Assembly: GCA_030141605.1 (NCBI GenBank)
Contig: JAQGDQ010000044.1
Coordinates: 682,001 to 746,000 of the forward strand
Source: Tubiluchus corallicola
Taxonomy: Eukaryota; Animalia; Priapulida
Direction: 5' to 3'
DNA length: 64,000 nucleotides
Positions 26,292 to 38,641 of the stretch are shown in pieces; the stretch's first letter is position 1; each line of letters begins with the position of its first letter. Position numbers and translations under genes: made by a program. The notes under the pieces were generated by a model. It made no database searches, was not told where the DNA came from, and was given only the letters and a program-made list of their open reading frames with translations.

Positions 26292-26659
26292 CAGGACCGG
26301 ATTATGACCTTCCGCGCGCCTAAGCTAATGAAATTATGGGCCTCTATCAGATGGAGCCACCCTCTAAATCGTCCCACACCCGGTCTTGAACATTGTTTAC
26401 TCGTGATATAATGCAGAGACACTTACATAGATTAAAGTGAGCTTATTGCAATTCTTTAAATAAATTAGATTAGCATTCTTTTGTTTGTTAATAAAAATAT
26501 TCTTTAAGAAATGCCAGTATTTTACTATTTATTGCAAACCAAATTAGTACACATTTCAACATAACCGCAGTGAAACAACAGACTTTTTTACTAATGTTAA
26601 AATGGTAGCAAAGCTTGAAAGGTTGCAGCCTGTATTAGCCTATAAAATAATTCGCCCTG
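26292..26659. mobile_element. hAT-type MITE (CAGGGCCGGATT-like termini)
   Basis: Termini CAGGACCGGATTAT / ATAATTCGCCCTG; degenerate flanking repeat CTCATCGC / CTCATTAC. Confidence 0.55.
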
Positions 26660-26746
26660 CTCATTACTTCTTAATTAAGTGCAGTACTGAATATTCAGTT
26701 AGGACTTTATGAAATTATAACAGACTTTTTACAGTTTAACGCTTAC

Positions 26747-26807
26747 CTGTTATGAAAAGAGTCATCCATGTTGTAACCAAAGCTGTTATCGCCAAGCATA
26801 GTTGCAT
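26747..26807 (-). CDS. Type I membrane protein, exon 1: signal peptide
   Basis: MQLCLAITALVTTWMTLFITG, G|GTAAGC donor (phase 1), in-frame stop just upstream of the ATG. The joined protein is 327 aa. Confidence 0.7.
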
Positions 26808-29229
26808 AATAACCCGTTTTTATCTTGATGAATAAACTGCGTTATAAAATTTGCAGCAGCTGAAGGTTATTGTACAAATATTGTTGTTAATAAGCGCAAG
26901 GAACTTTCTTGTTTGCACATCATTTGTCCCATTGTGGTAAAGCTTATTTCCATGTCTTCAATAAAATATATAGCGTCACCTTAGATATTGTCACGTGTGG
27001 GTTACGCCTTTTAACGACCGAAAAAAGCGTCAACAGTAGACATGTTAGCGTGCTGTACTTTCCACAAATGAGATCTTCAGGCAATTTAGAAGTTCCACAT
27101 GAACGGGCGTTCAGGTTTTGTTCGCCAGCGTCCAAGTGGATTAAGCTTAACAATTTAACGTGGCTGGGAGGGTCGAGGGAGGCGAACACAAAACAACCTT
27201 AGCCTAGACACACGTAAAACTGGCCATCACGTTTTTAAATTATGGTAAACATGCAGAAATTGAAATCGTAGTTGTTTGAAAGCAGAATTTATTAATGAAG
27301 ATTCATTTGAGCTCATATATTTCCACTCGAATACCTAATTTTATGGGTCGCATGTAGCTATAAACTAATATCACCTTTCTGGCTAGTATTACATACTCGT
27401 ACTATTCTGAATTATTTTTATTTATTTATTTATTTATTTATTTAGTAAATGTAATTCCCTTTTAGGTAAGTTTAATAAATTACTTGAATTTTTAATTTTT
27501 GCTTTTCAGGCAGACAATGGGTTTTGTTGGATGACGTAGAATGTCAAAAAGGTCACTAAGCCTTCTTTCACGATTACGTTCTACGTCTTTTAATTTAGAT
27601 TTACGTCTTTGCAACTAATACGAAAATATTTCTCACCAGCCGAATAATATTGATTGCAACAAGCTAAATCAGATTTTGACGAAACTAAGAATCAATTTTC
27701 GCCATCTTTAAAATGTAACAAATGAATACGTTTAATTGTCGCTGATTCACAATTGAATATATTGTGCAAAATAAAATTTATTACAGGAAAAACAGTGTTA
27801 AAACTAATATATTTTTTGTAGTTTGCCACACTAAAACGTAACATTGTGATACAAAATTAATAATTATGACTGGAATGAAAGAAGATGCGCCACGTGGTCT
27901 ATGTGAAGTGCAGAAATCACAACTTGGCATCGCAAAAATTCCAATCTTGCTTGTCATTGTCTTTACGGCTATTGTTCAATCGGAAAACTGTACTTCCTCC
28001 CAATGTTTCCTCTATTATCCACGTCAGGCACATGAACTTCACCACTGTCCTTTTTTGCTAAACACAAAAGAAACAAAATTATGTTTTATAAAACTTAAAT
28101 TATTATTTTTAAAAATTACACATTCCTGATACGCCATTTTCAAATTGCCAAAAATAATCTGTTAAACTAAATTTTGTTTTCTAAACTCTAGTTTGTAATA
28201 ATTAATGCAACAATAAGTGTTTTTGGAATGGCCGTAAAAGTTCCTTCTATAATCTATTCGTTCAATTTAATTGAAATTTATAAAAGTAGGCATTTGCGTT
28301 TTTGTGCTCGTCAGACATGCTTTTATAATATCATGCTGATTTTGAAAAAAATTGAATCCAAATTTTATTTTTGAAGAAAATTTGAATCCAAAAAGCAAAT
28401 TTTACTTTTGCACAGGCTTCACCCACACTTTTGTGTAGCGCTTTTACTAAAACGTATTCTCGCGTTTAAAGTTGAAAAAACAAAAAAACTTAAAGCATTA
28501 AAACCAGAAAAAACGCATAAAAATTCTCTCTACCAACGATCGAACTATGGGCCTTCAGGTCAAAAACAAATAGTCTCATAACCGCATGATTGAGCTGTGA
28601 TACAGTATCGGTTTTAAATCTTTTCAAATTTTCCTTCCTATCAAATTGTTAATTTGATTAGTGATAATTACTCTCTGTTATTTACATAGTTTTATCTTAG
28701 CTCTAATTACTTTTCAGTGCATGCAAGAAGGACATTAATTAGCACTGAATTGCGTTATTATTGCTACACAAAAATAAAAACATTCCCATACGAAACCTTC
28801 AATTTTTTTCGAAACACTGAAGCTTGTTTCAGACATGTGACCTGGTGAACGTGCTACAAAAGTACCTGTAGAACACACCTATAATAAATAAAATAAATAC
28901 GCACACGAGTTAGTTATTTAGCAACAGTCAAGAACCGTTAGTTAAAAAATAACGAGTTAATAACAACAATTTTTAACAATAAGTTAATAACACGAATTTT
29001 CCTATCTTTACTTAAGTAAATGTTTTTCTTACGTTTTAAAGGACAAGAAAAGGTGTACCTGAAGCAGGTTTCAGAAAAATCGCCTTAAAAAATTATATTA
29101 CTTTATAGCAATTTTATGCCTATATCTTACTCGCACTGAAAGTAATTTTGATTTGTTTTCATTTTAAATTTCCCGCAATACTATTCCGAAGTCGCCATTA
29201 CATGACGTCATGCACCAAACGTAAATCAA

Positions 29230-30205
29230 GGGAAGAAAAGGCAATGTTAAATTATATCTCAAAAGACTTTCCGTGCAAATCTATATTACTTAGATTTTCG
29301 CTTACCTGCTAGAGAGATTTATGTAACTAGAAAAGAAAATTATTAATTATTTAAAATGTTTTCACCAATTGGTAAAATGTAGCTGACTCACCCTACAGGG
29401 TGCACCACTCACTAACAAAAAAACGTATTTTTAATCTTATTGACAAGACATAGTAATTTTAAATTTTATTTAGTTAGTGACTTGCGCGCTACGAATGCTC
29501 TGATTATTTTTTCAAACTTTACAAAATGTTATCTAAACTTGTTTCAAATGACCTGTCGTGAAAATGGCTGCGTCTAACGGTCATCGCGGGAGTTTAAATT
29601 TACAGGTTTTATACAGCGTGACTGCCGATTGAAGTCCTGCATGCAAAAAGGCAGCATGTAAGCGAAACAAAATTTCAAAACGAATTTTTCAAGCTTTATG
29701 TTTATGAAGGGTTCTCTTGTGCTTTAAGCACCACACCGCTTGATTAAGTTCTTTCGGTAGACAATGTTTTGCAGCCTATACTGCCTTATTGCACACAGAT
29801 GTTATATTAGCAATAATACTGTATAAAACATGTAAATTTAAACTCCCGCGATGACTGTTAGGCGCAGCCATTTTGACGGTAGATTGTTTGAAACAACTTT
29901 AGGTGACATTGTGTGAAGTTTGAAAAAACCATCAGAGAATTCGCAGCGCACTCTTCTGTTACTAAACAAAAGACTTAATTACTTTACATTACCAATAAAA
30001 TTAAAAATACGTTTTTGATAACTTAGTGGTGCATACTGGGCTGGTGAAACACTGACGATTTACCAGTTGGAGCAAACATTTTAAATTGCTAAAAAATTTC
30101 TTTTCTAGTTACATAAGTCCCTCAAGCAGGTAAGCGTATAGCTAAGTAATATAAGTTTGTGTGGAAAGTTTTTGTGAACATTCTTTAAAAATGTTTTTTC
30201 TTCCC
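29230..30205. mobile_element. Foldback-like structure: two about 390-bp diverged inverted arms (29230-29616, 29819-30205)
   Basis: CATCGCGGGAGTTTAAATTTACA pairs with TGTAAATTTAAACTCCCGCGATG, and TATGTAACTAGAAAAGAAA pairs with TTTCTTTTCTAGTTACATA. Solo arms lie at about 34047-34410 and 52013-52380. Confidence 0.8.
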
Positions 30206-31634
30206 CTTCAACATTTTTTGCTGTTTCAAGGAAATCAATGTGCACCACACGCTTAGCACACATGGAACTAATGGAAGGAATTCAGCCAAACGAGTCAAGA
30301 ACCAAACTTAGAGTCCTGGTTGCACCATTTGAAAACTAGGGCAGAGGCGGGCCAAACTGCTGGTGAAATTGAGGAAGCGCTTTTACATCTCCCTGGATAT
30401 TCTGACATTTGGCACCGCTTCACTTAAACTTTCATAAATACTTTTTAAGAAAAAGCTTTCTTCCGATTAAAATTTTTCGTCTATAAATGGTAGTACTAAA
30501 CTAGTCATCTAGATAATTTAGTAAAAAAAGCAAGCGAAGGCAATTAGCTGATCGAGCGCCCGAAGTTAAGCAACAGCTGATCCTGAGCAGTAAATGAATG
30601 GATAATCAATATGAAAATTGGTTCTGCGGCTTCTTCTGCTATATTTCCCCGGCTCTTTTCCCTGCTGAAGAGAGGTACAATCGCGTCCATCTTAGAGGGC
30701 TGTCTTCGATAATAAGCAAGATCCCGTCCAGTCACAACAATTTATAATAATCATTTGAACGCACGAAAGAATATTATATTAAAAAGTGTGAAAAATTTCA
30801 AACCACCGCTAGGACTCGAACCTAGGACTTATGCTGTCCAGGCAGCTATACTAGCCGCTACACCACAAAGGCACTTGACCTACTTGACGGCACGTATGCT
30901 ACTAGTTGTATATGAATGAGGAATTAAAGTCTACATTGTACCACATAGTACAAGATCAATTCTATGAACGCCCGAAAGCTGGTATAAATTATCCCTTCAT
31001 CGGGATTCGAACTCATAACCTACAATCCGGGTTGCTAACCATTACGCCACAGAGAGATTTTTCAGAATAAAAAAAATACACTGGACGATGAAAAAGGTAA
31101 CTAGCAGGTTGACCTAATTAGCAAACGCCAAAAGACAAGATATTAGACAGGTTTCCATCATTTGTAAAAAATGTGGCACATGTTTTTCCTTCCATACAGG
31201 TGCTGCCAATGAAATTAGTATTCATCAGTTTGTTAGATTTGAGTGCACGCATGCGCAAGTCAACTCAAAAATAAATGTAAAGACAAGCATAATAATTAGT
31301 AAGTTACGGAGGTAACCTTAGTCATCAGAATACCGACCAACCAAAAGCTGTACTGCCTGTAGATTTTTGCATCAGTAGATTTAGTATAATAAATGCATAT
31401 TATGTTAAAAGTAATTTTTAATTTTTTTGTGCGTATGCGTTGAGAAGTTATATTTTGTAATTGAATTTTAATTTTACCTATGTAAATTTTATGTCTTTTA
31501 TTCACAATTTAAAAAATTAACTCTTGTAATAGTAGTTTAACACTATTGCCTACAACAGGCATTGAGTGGTTACACATATAGTATTTTCACGTATTTTATC
31601 ACACCTGTAAATGTGTAGAACTTATGCAATAAAG

Positions 31635-31684
<50 letters not shown>

Positions 31685-31776
31685 CACTGCTGTGATGGCA
31701 GTGCTAATCGTGCAAAGTTAACAGCGCAGTTCACAGCGGGTATTGCTCTCCTCAATTTTTCCCTAGTTCTTATGCA

Positions 31777-32476
31777 TTAAATAACAGCATATTTTAAGAC
31801 TAACAATACCTGAGTGCTATTGGTTAATCTGCCATTGTAGTATTTAGTGTTCCTGTCGTGTGGATATCGCAATTCGCCGCAGCAGCTCCTGCTTTTCAGG
31901 ACAGCAATGAAACCCAACCGGAACTTCCGGTTCAGAAATCCGTACAGGACCGGATCAATCCCACTATTCGACGTGGATATCCATTGGCATATGGGTATGA
32001 GCAGTGCCAGCTGCGCATTGTTATCGGAGACAACTCCAAAATAAACAAACGCAAACGTCAAGTACAGTGGCAGCCAACTGAAGGCGAACACCATCACAAC
32101 GACTAGGACCATTTTTGCAAGTTTGAGCTTCTGTTTTCGAACCAGCGTTTCCAAGTCACGTGTTTCACCAATCACGGGACGTCGTAAGACGTGCAGAAAT
32201 ATCAAGAAATAGCAAACACTTATGACAGCTAAGGGAACAATGTAGCACTGCAAAGCTACAACGCACAAGAAGTACCATTTTGCTGCAGCGGGATCGTGCC
32301 ATCCGAATTCGCCACAAACTGACAGTAATTGACCCTTGAATATTATATCTACGGCATCGTAATACAGCAACCAAGGAATGAAGGTCAGGCAGGAATATAT
32401 CCATATAACAGCAATGAATCGTCCCGCTGCCTTCGTCGTCATCTCATACTTCATCGGATAAACAATAGAAATGTAT
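31777..32476 (-). CDS. Class A neuropeptide GPCR (SIFamide/NPFF-receptor-like), cassette B, TM4-TM7 and C-tail exon
   Basis: TTTCCAG acceptor; (R)YISIVYPMK, FAFSWLPLY, SNSGIDPVLYGFLNRKFRLGF and SRSCCGELRY motifs. Confidence 0.9.
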
Positions 32477-32554
32477 CTGGAAATATAAATCTCATTATTT
32501 TTGCAATACAATAATTGCCAACAGGTGTCTCTAGTGAGAAATCCTTTTCAAGAC

Positions 32555-33217
32555 CAGGGCCGGATTTTAATTTTGTAGGCCCCTGGGTTACAGATACATG
32601 AGGCTCCGGCCCCAGTGACAATTAAAAAAAGCGTGAATGTTGGATTCTTCAAATCAGCTTATTCAAATTCTACAAAATAATGCCAACATTAGGCCCACGT
32701 AGATGGGTGAAAGTTTAACACAACAAAAAGAGAAGAAATATTCTGATATTTACAAAATTAAAACATGGAATACATACGAATTACAATAAATTGTAATTTT
32801 GTCACAGGAGGTGACCTCAATTCCTCTAAAATTGTGTCATTGTAATCAGATTGCTAGTGTATTTGGCAGTATCAATGAGTTCAAATAATGAACAAGAAAA
32901 CAATTTCAGTGTATTATTACACAGTATATTAATGCATTCTCTAGCAACTTTTCACAGTAATTTACTTTCACTTAATTTCTGGAGGCCCCTCAACTGGCAA
33001 AGGCCCCTGGGCTGCAGCCCATAAAGCCCATGCTCTAGTAACTTTTCACAGTAATTTACTTTCAGAATCTCTGGAGGCCCCTCAACTGGCAAAGGCCCCT
33101 GGGATGCAGCCCATAAAGCCCATGCTCTAGTAACTTTTCACAGTAATTTACTTTCACTTAATTTCTGAAGGCCCCTCAGCTGGCGAAGGCCGCTGGGCTG
33201 CAGCCCATCTGGTACTG
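32555..33217. mobile_element. hAT-type MITE in GPCR intron, with internal about 90-bp triplication (32940-33210)
   Basis: Termini CAGGGCCGGAT / ATCTGGTACTG; 8-bp TSD TTCAAGAC / TTAAAGAC. Confidence 0.75.
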
Positions 33218-33570
33218 TTAAAGACAATTAATGAGTTTTGAGAACTCAGCTGATTCACGGCTGTTTCAACTAGAAAATGCTCACTAAGCAGCATTAGGTT
33301 TTATACTGTACTGTGTTATACTAGCTTTAAAAATCTTTGCATGTTTGTTAGAGATTTCGTCGTCTTTAATATAACATCAATAATTGATTCATTAAACCAC
33401 CATGCATCGTCTCCCAAAAGACAGTCACCAAACTAATTTTCTTACTTATTTAATCGTTGGTAAAGAGCAAACATGACTGACTTATTCCTTATTCATTATA
33501 TTAAACACTTACTGATTAATAAGACCAGATTTCAAAAGCAAGCCTCCCTTGCTCGTGTGTATTTGCTTAC

Positions 33571-33670
33571 CTCTCTACAGATATGGTAGCCAGTGTGTTC
33601 ACGGAAGAGGAAACGGAAACAGCTTGAAGCCAGACAACTGTTTTGCACGCCCCATCCGAGAACGGATAAC
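33571..33670 (-). CDS. GPCR cassette B, TM3 exon (100 nt)
   Basis: TTTTAAAG acceptor and AG|GTAAGC donor; YPFSDGACKTVVWLQAVSVSSSVNTLATISVER; phase 1 to 2, joins 32476 in frame. Confidence 0.88.
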
Positions 33671-34046
33671 CTTTAAAAGAAAGCTTGTGCTAGCAAACTA
33701 GAGTTTAGATCTATTACTGTATTAGTAAGGTACTAATTATATCTTTTATTTATCATTACTAATTGTTTTGTCTGTATTCAGGTTTTGTGGTTTTCTGCCG
33801 AGGAAAGCGCCAGTGATGCAAAGACGACAGATATATTTTATTCAAATTTGAAAGTAGCTAATGCAAGAAAACACTTTTCATAACAAAAGTTTAAAAAATC
33901 GTCTTGAAATTTTATATCACTTACATGCTGATTGTAAATTAAAGTACAAGAGAACACTCTTCATAAATAAAGCTTAAACATCGTCTTGAAAGGTCATATT
34001 GCTTACATACTGTCTTATTGCATACAGGGCTTACGTTAACAGTAGC

Positions 34047-34410
34047 GCTGTATAGAGCTCGTAAATTTAAACTCCCGCGTTAGGCGCAGTCATTGTAATG
34101 TCAGTCGTTTGAAACAAATTTAGATAACATCGCATAAAGTTCGAAAAAATAATCAGAGCATTTGTAACACGCTCCTCGCTAACTAAGCAAAAGTATAAAT
34201 TGCTTTACATTATCAATAAGATTAAAAATACGTTTTTGGTGAATCAGTGGTGCACGCTGGGATGGTGATGCAGTGCCATTCCACTAGTTGTCGCGAGCAT
34301 TTAAAATTATTAAGAAATTTCTTGTCTAGTTACATTTGTTTTTCAAACAGATAAGAATGATGCATACAGAAGTAATGTAACTTCATATCATGGAAAGTTC
34401 CTAGAGACAT
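34047..34410. repeat. Solo copy of the foldback arm family
   Basis: GTAAATTTAAACTCCCGCG and GATTAAAAATACGTTTTTG blocks shared with 29819-30205. Confidence 0.7.
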
Positions 34411-35249
34411 ACTGTACTTTAAAAACCGTTTTGATTCTCGTTAAAAAATTTATTATGAGGTTTTCGGTGACCGCATTGGTAATTTTATTTCATGATATGA
34501 TATGATGTGATTAACATGGTAATGTTATAGCAAAGAATGTTTTTTACTATAATGTTTACGAACTGTATTCTGTACAATAATAATTTGCTAATAAAACACG
34601 CTTCATTTCGTCAGTCACAAAACAGTTCAGGTCGTGGCATCATCCTGAATTCTGTTTGTCAGCTAAATCGATCTAGATTCGCCCTGCGTTATGACTTTCA
34701 CTTAACGCTACACAAATAATTTACATATTTCATTATTGTTGTGACTAACCGACTGACTCAATACTATCTGAGGTTAATACAGCGCCCTTTTCGCCTAGAA
34801 ATATACTGTTTTTTATTTTGTATTAATTTGCATTTAATAATGGATAAAGTTACGATGATTTTATGCATGAGATGAGTTTTCTTACTGCAGTTACAAATGT
34901 TTGCGGCCTAAAATGTTTCACTGTTTACCTGTGTTTGTCCTGCACCTCCTATTAACACCGTGTATTATTTGAAATTAATTAAGATTGAACAAAAGATGGC
35001 GCTTCTATCAAAGAATTGAAACTTGAGTAGTTTTGTTACGTTAACGCCAGTGACGCACTACAAGTCCTTTTTTGTAACTTTTGTCAGCAAACAATGATGA
35101 ATTAAGAAAGAATAAATGGCTTCCCATTCTTTGGGGCAAAAATCTTGTGCATATGTCATAGATAAGAAAAAAATTAAATGTTCAAGCAGAAAGTCAGTCT
35201 GTGTCACCAGAAAATCATCGACTCTGCCAATCGGTTAGTAGATCAGCTA

Positions 35250-35620
35250 ACCATCTACTTTTCAACCTGGTAATCGATGAACTGATCTCGAAAGTCGGTT
35301 CTCGATTTGGCTATGGGATCGACGAATACCAAGTGGCTATAGTTGGTTTTACCGATGACCTAGTCCTAATCTCAGCCTCGAAACATGGCATGGGAGTTTT
35401 GTTGGAGACAGCCAATGGCTTCTTCACGAAACGAGGTATGACACTGAACGCCAACAAGTGCAAAGCCATGAAGCTAGTCAAGGCATACCAGCGAAAGGCT
35501 ATGAAAGTGTTAATAGAGCACACATGGAAGATCTGCCAGACTCCTATTCCAATGCTGGGAGTCAGTGATACGTATAAATACCTGAGAATCCCCATGACTG
35601 CCAACCTGTCTAGTCAACCA
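35250..35620 (+). mobile_element. R2/NeSL-like non-LTR RT fragment (inactive)
   Basis: LLFNLVIDEL...GFTDDLVLIS...GMTLNANKC...DTYKYL; isolated fragment. Confidence 0.7.
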
Positions 35621-37511
35621 GCTGAGCAAATTTATTTATCAGAGAGTCCAAAGATATACCATTTGTGCTGGTGCAGCATGTAACCACTAGCGTGTGTAAA
35701 ATTTAGAAAATCACGCTTAACTTCTGAGAAAACAAAACAATAATAACAGATATGAGATTAATACTGTTTCACTTTTATATTTCACAAATATGAACTTTCA
35801 CTTCATAAACAATGACGTCAGGATTCGCCAGTTAAAATAATCCAATCCAGAAAAATGTGACACATTAATGATAAAACAGTATAGATCTTAAATGTACCAC
35901 AAAAATACTGGTACTTATGTAAGTGATTTCTAGTGATGTTGACTTTTCAGCAGTATCAGTCCTGCGTGACTTATAAATGAACAGTCAATCGCAAGGTACA
36001 ATTATACGAGCTGTCATAGAAGAAATAAACTGGGGAAATAAACCTGTTAAGCAGTAACTATGACATCAGCTACCGTTCTGTCGGTTTCTCCAATCATTGG
36101 CACCTAGTAAGAAAACTACGTCTCTAGGAATGGCAACTTAACTTTATGATGCGTCCTTAAATGTCAATACCTTATTTTAAACTAAGTGTAAAGAAAGTGT
36201 ATCAAAAAATGATGACACTATTTGCAGCAAGATAGAAAACCAAAAATGGCAGACGGTAATAACTTTATAATTTTATAACTTTATAACCTAATTTTATAAT
36301 ATCAGCAGTCAATTGACCAAGATACTCATAATGACGAAAGTTTAGTTCATACTTGATTTAATACTTTTTGCAAGCTATATTATTACTGTCTTGTGTAGGA
36401 TCTAACTACAATGATACAGAGCCATGTAGTAATGGTTTTTAATTCATTTGTTGCCAATTCCAAAACCAAGTACAACATCCGGACAAACTGCAGAGCTGAT
36501 TCAGTCAAAAGAAGCTGGAAAGTATTGCAACTTTAGAATAGAGAATGCACATGAAATATTTCTTACTATCTCATGGTCACATCCCGTAGAGCAGACTAAA
36601 AATTATATCGTTAAGCATAATCAATGAAAAACAGTGACAACATATGATACCACTAACATCAACATAGACCTAAATCAGACAGTGAGGGCAACTCAAAAAA
36701 TACACTGGTCTTGAAAATATAATTTTTCAGATTGCTTCAAACTCCATTGTGATTTATATCTTCCCTGATACCTGATAACTTAATAACAACATTCAAATAT
36801 TGCACAAAGGTAACATCACATTATATTAGATAGTGTAATATAACAGGCAGCTACAACATCGTAAAGATTGCTCATACTGCCAAGTGTTAACTAAACAGGC
36901 TACTAAACAAGCCTGCTCAATCCATCAGTTCATTTATTACAAGTACACTTCTATATTCCATACTCATTACACTAATGTGTACAATCATTTTCATTGTCAA
37001 CTAACTTCAACCTAGGCAAGATCAGAAGACAATATTTGGTCACATGCTTGTCGCTACAAAATTTTCCAATCGTGAAGACAATAGCACAAGTTTCATTTGC
37101 TTTAAAATTGGTGCAATAACATCTTTGAACTTGTGAATGTAATATAGCGTGTTTTATACAAATAGTCTGTGATTCACTTCATGACCAAGAGACCATCACA
37201 AAATTCGGCTCACATTCCAGTATCTGCAAATAGGATTATGACAAGTACACTATTTGGGAATAATTTAACAGATGTATTGGTAATCTTGGAAACTAGTCAC
37301 CATTCGAGTTACAAAGCGAACACATCACACTTAGCCCGCACATTGTGCAGAAAAACGTTCTCTTGTAAATTTCTCTTCTGTTATTGTTGCTGGTAACAAA
37401 AAAGCAGCTCCGTCACATGTAAGAAAAGTACCAAGTAGACGCCATCATGCACAACCATCAATGACACTAGCGACATGTGGAGCTGCTTTCAGAAACTCCT
37501 CTTCATTTTCT

Positions 37512-38247
37512 TCACACATCGTCTTTCAAAGTCGCCATACAGTAATCTACATGGGTCTGTTCAGAAACGATCCTCTGACTATTTACTGCAGATGTGGTAT
37601 AGTGTCCTATCCTGTCTCCAGGATACTTCAGCTTCTTACAACAAGACCCACTCATCACTATGGCTTTGAACCCTTGCCTGTATTTTCGGTTTAAGTAGGC
37701 ATAGATGCACGGATTAATACAACTATTTGCAGTGGAAACCCACTGAAGGACGGGAACAGCGTGATTGACGTAACTTAGTGCCACGTCATCAAAACTGTTG
37801 AAGTAATAGCCGATGAAGATGGCGTACAAAGGTAGCCAAGAAATGGCGAAAATCAAGACTACCACCAGAAGCATTTTGATGACTTGGATCCGTTGGCGAC
37901 GGACAATATTCTCATACTCTCGAGCATCGCCGATTAAATCTCTTTTCCACACAGCCAAGAAAATGTTCATGTAACAAAAACTGATTGTTAAAAGTGGGGC
38001 AACATAGCAGAGGATGAAGACATTGAACAACAAATTCCACTTCATCGCGTGTTCGTACCCGTTCGGCCATTGTTCCATGCAGTAGCGTATGATTACTTGG
38101 CGATCTGCTGACGGATTATCAGTTATTTGGAAAAAAGCAAACCATGGAATAAAAAACGCCCCGGCGCAAATCCAGATGGCAGCACAAGCTTTTCTAGCTG
38201 TCCTCAATGTCATCTGAAATTTCATTGGGTGGCAAATGGCAAAGTAT
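37512..38247 (-). CDS. Class A neuropeptide GPCR (SIFamide/NPFF-receptor-like), cassette A, TM4-TM7 and C-tail exon
   Basis: TTTTTCCAG acceptor; (R)YFAICHPMK, VIKMLLVVVLIFAISWLPLY and ANSCINPCIYAYLNRKYRQGFKAIVMSGSCC motifs. Confidence 0.92.
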
Positions 38248-38541
38248 CTGGAAAAATAACAATAAAGACAAAGTTATATGAAACTTGTTGGCTGATTGGA
38301 GTTGAACATATGTCAGATATAGCGGGGTTTTAACAAAACGGAGACAGGCTAGGAAATAGATAGAAGGTAACTACAGTTAGCAAACACTGACTAAACTGAA
38401 AAAGTTAACAAAAAATGTCTGACCATTAAGTTGGATGTTGCTGATGACTTCATTCAATAAAACTATTTTCAATCCTGTAAGACGGCAACTTACTTTGCAA
38501 GACTACATTTACAAATGTCAGTGCCACTTTTGCAGGCTTAC

Positions 38542-38641
38542 CTATCAAGAGAAATTGCCACCAAAGTATACACAGATGTCGCCACCGACAAACCCTGAAG
38601 CCATGACACCAACTTGCATGGTATCATGCCGAACTGATAAC
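38542..38641 (-). CDS. GPCR cassette A, TM3 exon (100 nt)
   Basis: TATAG acceptor and AG|GTAAGC donor; YQFGMIPCKLVSWLQGLSVATSVYTLVAISLDR; phase 1 to 2. Confidence 0.9.

Noticed and set aside
36440-36500. VVLGFGIGN on the minus strand as a possible GPCR TM1
   Set aside because: A stop follows two codons later and there is no TM2 motif.
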